Assembly: GCA_964391875.1 (NCBI GenBank)
Contig: CAYMNT010000001.1
Location: 1 to 30,390, forward strand
Direction: 5' to 3'
DNA from: an uncultured Bdellovibrionales bacterium
GTDB lineage: Bacteria > Patescibacteriota > Minisyncoccia > Moranbacterales > DUUL01
Length of the DNA stretch: 30,390 bases
Each line of letters opens with the position of its first letter. Positions within the stretch are counted from its first letter, which is position 1. The position numbers and the translations under genes were made by a program. Shown here one piece after another: positions 27,550-30,390 of this stretch. Under the pieces are notes generated by a model. That model saw only the letters and a program-made list of their open reading frames with translations. It ran no database searches and was not told where the DNA came from.

Positions 27550-27768
27550 TTATTTTATTTCTATTAACTTTTTCCCGGTAGTCTTACCGATAATAATTTT
27601 TACCTGTTGTTGATTGACCTTAAAATATTTAGCTAATATTTTTATTAAAGCCAAATTGGCTTTCCCTCGTTGAGGGAGAGCTTTTAACCACACTTTATAT
27701 TCACCTGAATCAAGTTTAATCACTTCATCGCGATTACTCCCGGGTTTTACTTGAATATATATTTTCAT
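27550..27768 (-). CDS. DUF167/YggU family protein
   Basis: IQVKPGS, PQRGKAN and IIIGKTTGKKLIEI. Confidence 0.9.
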   Translation of the reverse strand: MKIYIQVKPGSNRDEVIKLDSGEYKVWLKALPQRGKANLALIKILAKYFKVNQQQVKIIIGKTTGKKLIEIK

Positions 27769-27770
27769 TA

Positions 27771-28109
27771 TTAAGCAACCTTATCAACGCCATAATCATC
27801 TGCCGATGAACCTGAATCAGGTAGCTTATCAAAAGTATCAATGGATGTTTTACCAAACTTATCAGCTCTTGCTGTATCTTCTTTTAATTGCTTAAAAAAT
27901 TTTTCTCTCCCCCTACGATCATTTTCATCTGGTAAGTTTTTCACGCCCGCTCGTTTAAGCTCCTTTAAAGCTTTTCTTTGTCCTTCCCATCCGGAATTCA
28001 AATCAACCTCAACCGGCTTGGTATAACCTCCCGATTGCAAGCTAACTACTCCGGGTTTATCTTTGTTAAAAGTTATTTTGGTTTTTTTGGGTGAACTAAA
28101 AAATCCCAT
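27771..28109 (-). CDS. Hypothetical protein
   Basis: 112-aa ORF tightly packed between co-oriented genes (2-nt and 28-nt gaps). Confidence 0.65.
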   Translation of the reverse strand: MGFFSSPKKTKITFNKDKPGVVSLQSGGYTKPVEVDLNSGWEGQRKALKELKRAGVKNLPDENDRRGREKFFKQLKEDTARADKFGKTSIDTFDKLPDSGSSADDYGVDKVA

Positions 28110-28137
28110 TTTATTAAAATTAATAATTAAAAACTAT

Positions 28138-28836
28138 TTATTGTCTAATTTCTACTTGTTTTATATTCTTCTCAAGAATTGATTTAATCTCTGTTAAGTT
28201 AATGGTATCATTTTTTATCTTTTTTCTCAAATTATTATCCAGTATTTTCCCTTCGTCCTGATAAGCTTGTAATACATATTTTTTCACTCCCCTCAACCAC
28301 TTCCCAATCTCCTGAAAATCTTTTTTTTGATGAATCGTCGGTACTACCGTGGTACGAAATTCATAAGCTTGCCCGGATTGTTTAATTAAATCGACACTCT
28401 CTTTTATTTTTTCTAAATCAATTTTTATACCACAAGCTCGTTCATAATTTTTCAATGAATTTTTAATATCCATAGCCACAAAATCAATTATCTTTCGCTT
28501 AAATCCCTCTTTTAACACTTCCGGATTAGTCCCGTTGGTATCTAACTTTACTTCAAAACCCATTTTTTTGATTTTTGTCATAAATTTTAAAATATCTTTT
28601 TGTATAGTCGGTTCTCCTCCGGTAATACACACTCCTTCCAATTTTCCCTGACGAGTTTTTAAAAAATCAAAAAAATCTCTCTCCGCCTCAGCTTTATATT
28701 GATTTTTGTCAATAACTACTAATTCCGGATTGTGACAAAAAGGACAACGAAAATTGCATCCGGCGGTAAATACCGTGCAAGCTAGGTGCTTTGGATAATC
28801 AATTAATGTAAATTTTTTTAAACCTCCGATTAACAT
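28138..28836 (-). CDS. nrdG: Anaerobic ribonucleoside-triphosphate reductase activating protein (radical SAM)
   Basis: TLIDYP, the CxxxCxxC motif GCNFRCPFCHN, GVCITGGEP, KLDTNG, AMDIK and YEFRTT. Confidence 0.85.
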   Translation of the reverse strand: MLIGGLKKFTLIDYPKHLACTVFTAGCNFRCPFCHNPELVVIDKNQYKAEAERDFFDFLKTRQGKLEGVCITGGEPTIQKDILKFMTKIKKMGFEVKLDTNGTNPEVLKEGFKRKIIDFVAMDIKNSLKNYERACGIKIDLEKIKESVDLIKQSGQAYEFRTTVVPTIHQKKDFQEIGKWLRGVKKYVLQAYQDEGKILDNNLRKKIKNDTINLTEIKSILEKNIKQVEIRQ

Positions 28837-28845
28837 TAAATTATT

Positions 28846-29577
28846 TTACTTTTTTAAAATTTGCTCTTTATCTGCATTCATTTGATTAACTACTTGCGTG
28901 TCTTGAATTATTTTTCCATCTTTCATCTTTAAAATCCGTCCGGCATGTTGAGCCGTGTAAGTCTCATGAGTCACTAAAATAATCGTTTTTCCTTGTTTAT
29001 TTAAATTTTGTAAAATTTTGATAATTTGAAGCCCTGACTTTGAATCCAAGTTACCGGTTGGTTCATCCGCAAAAATCAAATCCGGATTATTTACCAAAGC
29101 GCGAGCAATGGCCACTCGTTGTTTTTCCCCTCCGGATAATTGGTTGGAATAATGCTTAATTCGATTTTTTAACATTACCGCCGATAAAGCTTGCCTTATT
29201 TTAAAATCGTTCTCTTTCTTTTCTGTTTTCCTCCGATCATATAAAAGAGGTAACTCCACATTTTCATAAACCGATGTTTTTGGTAATAAATTAAATGCTT
29301 GAAAAACAAAACCAATTTTTTGATTACGTAATTTTGCCAATTGATTGTCAGAAAAATTTTTAACATTTTTACCTTTAAAATAATATGCTCCTCCGGTAAA
29401 TCTATCCAAAAATCCCAGCACCTGCATTAAGGTAGACTTACCACTTCCACTTGGACCCATAATCGCAACAAACTCCCCTTTTTGAATATCAAAAGTTACC
29501 TGACGCACCGCTTCAGTTTTAATGCCATCATTATCATACACTTTGGAAAGTTTTTTTGTTTGAATTAAAATCGACAT
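28846..29577 (-). CDS. ABC transporter ATP-binding protein (LolD/MacB-like)
   Basis: Walker [20 protein letters not shown], signature [24 protein letters not shown] and VTH. Confidence 0.95.
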   Translation of the reverse strand: MSILIQTKKLSKVYDNDGIKTEAVRQVTFDIQKGEFVAIMGPSGSGKSTLMQVLGFLDRFTGGAYYFKGKNVKNFSDNQLAKLRNQKIGFVFQAFNLLPKTSVYENVELPLLYDRRKTEKKENDFKIRQALSAVMLKNRIKHYSNQLSGGEKQRVAIARALVNNPDLIFADEPTGNLDSKSGLQIIKILQNLNKQGKTIILVTHETYTAQHAGRILKMKDGKIIQDTQVVNQMNADKEQILKK

Positions 29578-29696
29578 GGTAAGATGAATTCCACTTTAAC
29601 TAAAAATTAACTTTGTTTCATCAACAATATTTCCTTCAGATTTAATTATTTTCAAGAATAACATATCAGTCCTGTTGCGTCTATGATAGATTTTTA

Positions 29697-30347
29697 TTAT
29701 TGCTCTATCACCACGAAATCCCCTTCCTTTAGGGTGTAAATTGGCAAGTCTTTATCACCATAATTTTCTAATTCTTCGTAAGCTTTTTTCCAGTCAACCT
29801 CTCCTCGTGGATCATCTTTGGCGTATTCAGCAGACCTATAATGAGGAATAAACTTTATCGGCAAAATACCACTACCATCCATAACCTTCCGCCAATCAAG
29901 CGTCCAAAATGAATTAACTAAATAATCAGCCCCGGCCGAACTACCAGTCACAATTTTACCTTCCCAAATTTTTGGCACATCAAATTTTGACATTCTGTAT
30001 TGCAAAACGTCGTCATCTCCACCGGCAATCATAATCACCTCCGCCCATTGGCATTGTGCTACGAATTCATCGGGACTGGCCATTTTAATTTCCAATTCCA
30101 ATCTCAAATCAACCAAAGCATCTCCTTTTAATTTATCGCTATAGTCTTTGTACTTCGTTTCCCAATCTTCCCTTTTTTGCGAGAAAAAACAAAACAAAAC
30201 TTTCACTGTTTTGTTTACGGTGATTATATCTCTGTCAATATTATTTTTGTGGTCTTCTGTAAAATCACGAAAAATTTCCTCGTTATATTTCTTCATTTTC
30301 TCCGGATAATTTTTCACGTTCCCAGATTGTAAAATATATTTCGTCAT
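29697..30347 (-). CDS. Peptidase S51 / class I glutamine-amidotransferase-like protein
   Basis: AGGD, nucleophile elbow GSSAGA and IPHY. Confidence 0.8.
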   Translation of the reverse strand: MTKYILQSGNVKNYPEKMKKYNEEIFRDFTEDHKNNIDRDIITVNKTVKVLFCFFSQKREDWETKYKDYSDKLKGDALVDLRLELEIKMASPDEFVAQCQWAEVIMIAGGDDDVLQYRMSKFDVPKIWEGKIVTGSSAGADYLVNSFWTLDWRKVMDGSGILPIKFIPHYRSAEYAKDDPRGEVDWKKAYEELENYGDKDLPIYTLKEGDFVVIEQ

Positions 30348-30390
30348 ATTACAATGTTTAACTATTAAATTTACTTATTTACCTTTCTGA

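Noticed and set aside
29596-29664. 22-codon minus-strand ORF MLFLKIIKSEGNIVDETKLIFS
   Set aside because: Too short, with no SD or recognisable similarity.
1-30390. CRISPR array, diversity-generating retroelement, prophage, IS element or alternative genetic code
   Set aside because: I saw no spaced repeats, reverse transcriptase, TR/VR pair, integrase or transposase. All genes read fully in code 11 and lemA ends in TGA, which argues against code 25.

Overview
A very AT-rich 30.4-kb bacterial chromosome segment in which every credible gene lies on the minus strand. Gene content and style (ftsA-ftsZ, dnaG-rpoD, split comEC, lemA-htpX, a long adenylate-kinase-like protein, few Shine-Dalgarno sites, TGA used as a stop) suggest a Patescibacteria/CPR genome, probably Parcubacteria; this taxonomy is inference only. 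Most of the window is housekeeping: cell division, primase, sigma70, MscL, pyruvate kinase, HisRS, bS21, LepB, a SpoU methylase, an NrdG-type activase and tRNA-Ser(GGA). No transposase, integrase, reverse transcriptase or CRISPR array was seen. The most notable items concern the cell surface. (1) A TasA/CalY-like protein with a SipW-type signal peptide sits directly upstream of a SipW-like peptidase that the ORF track missed because it is cut by the window edge; twin hairpins separate the two genes. (2) A membrane-anchored Cys-repeat protein ends in a domain that aligns by eye with the head of the type IV pilin encoded about 6 kb away. Other oddities are a 150-aa, 55% Lys/Arg histone-like tail on RpoD, a pyruvate kinase with a shortened regulatory domain, a tandem pair of hypothetical proteins sharing a domain, and a repeat-protein gene frameshifted at an A8 run. 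All annotations are by-eye motif recognition; no searches were run.
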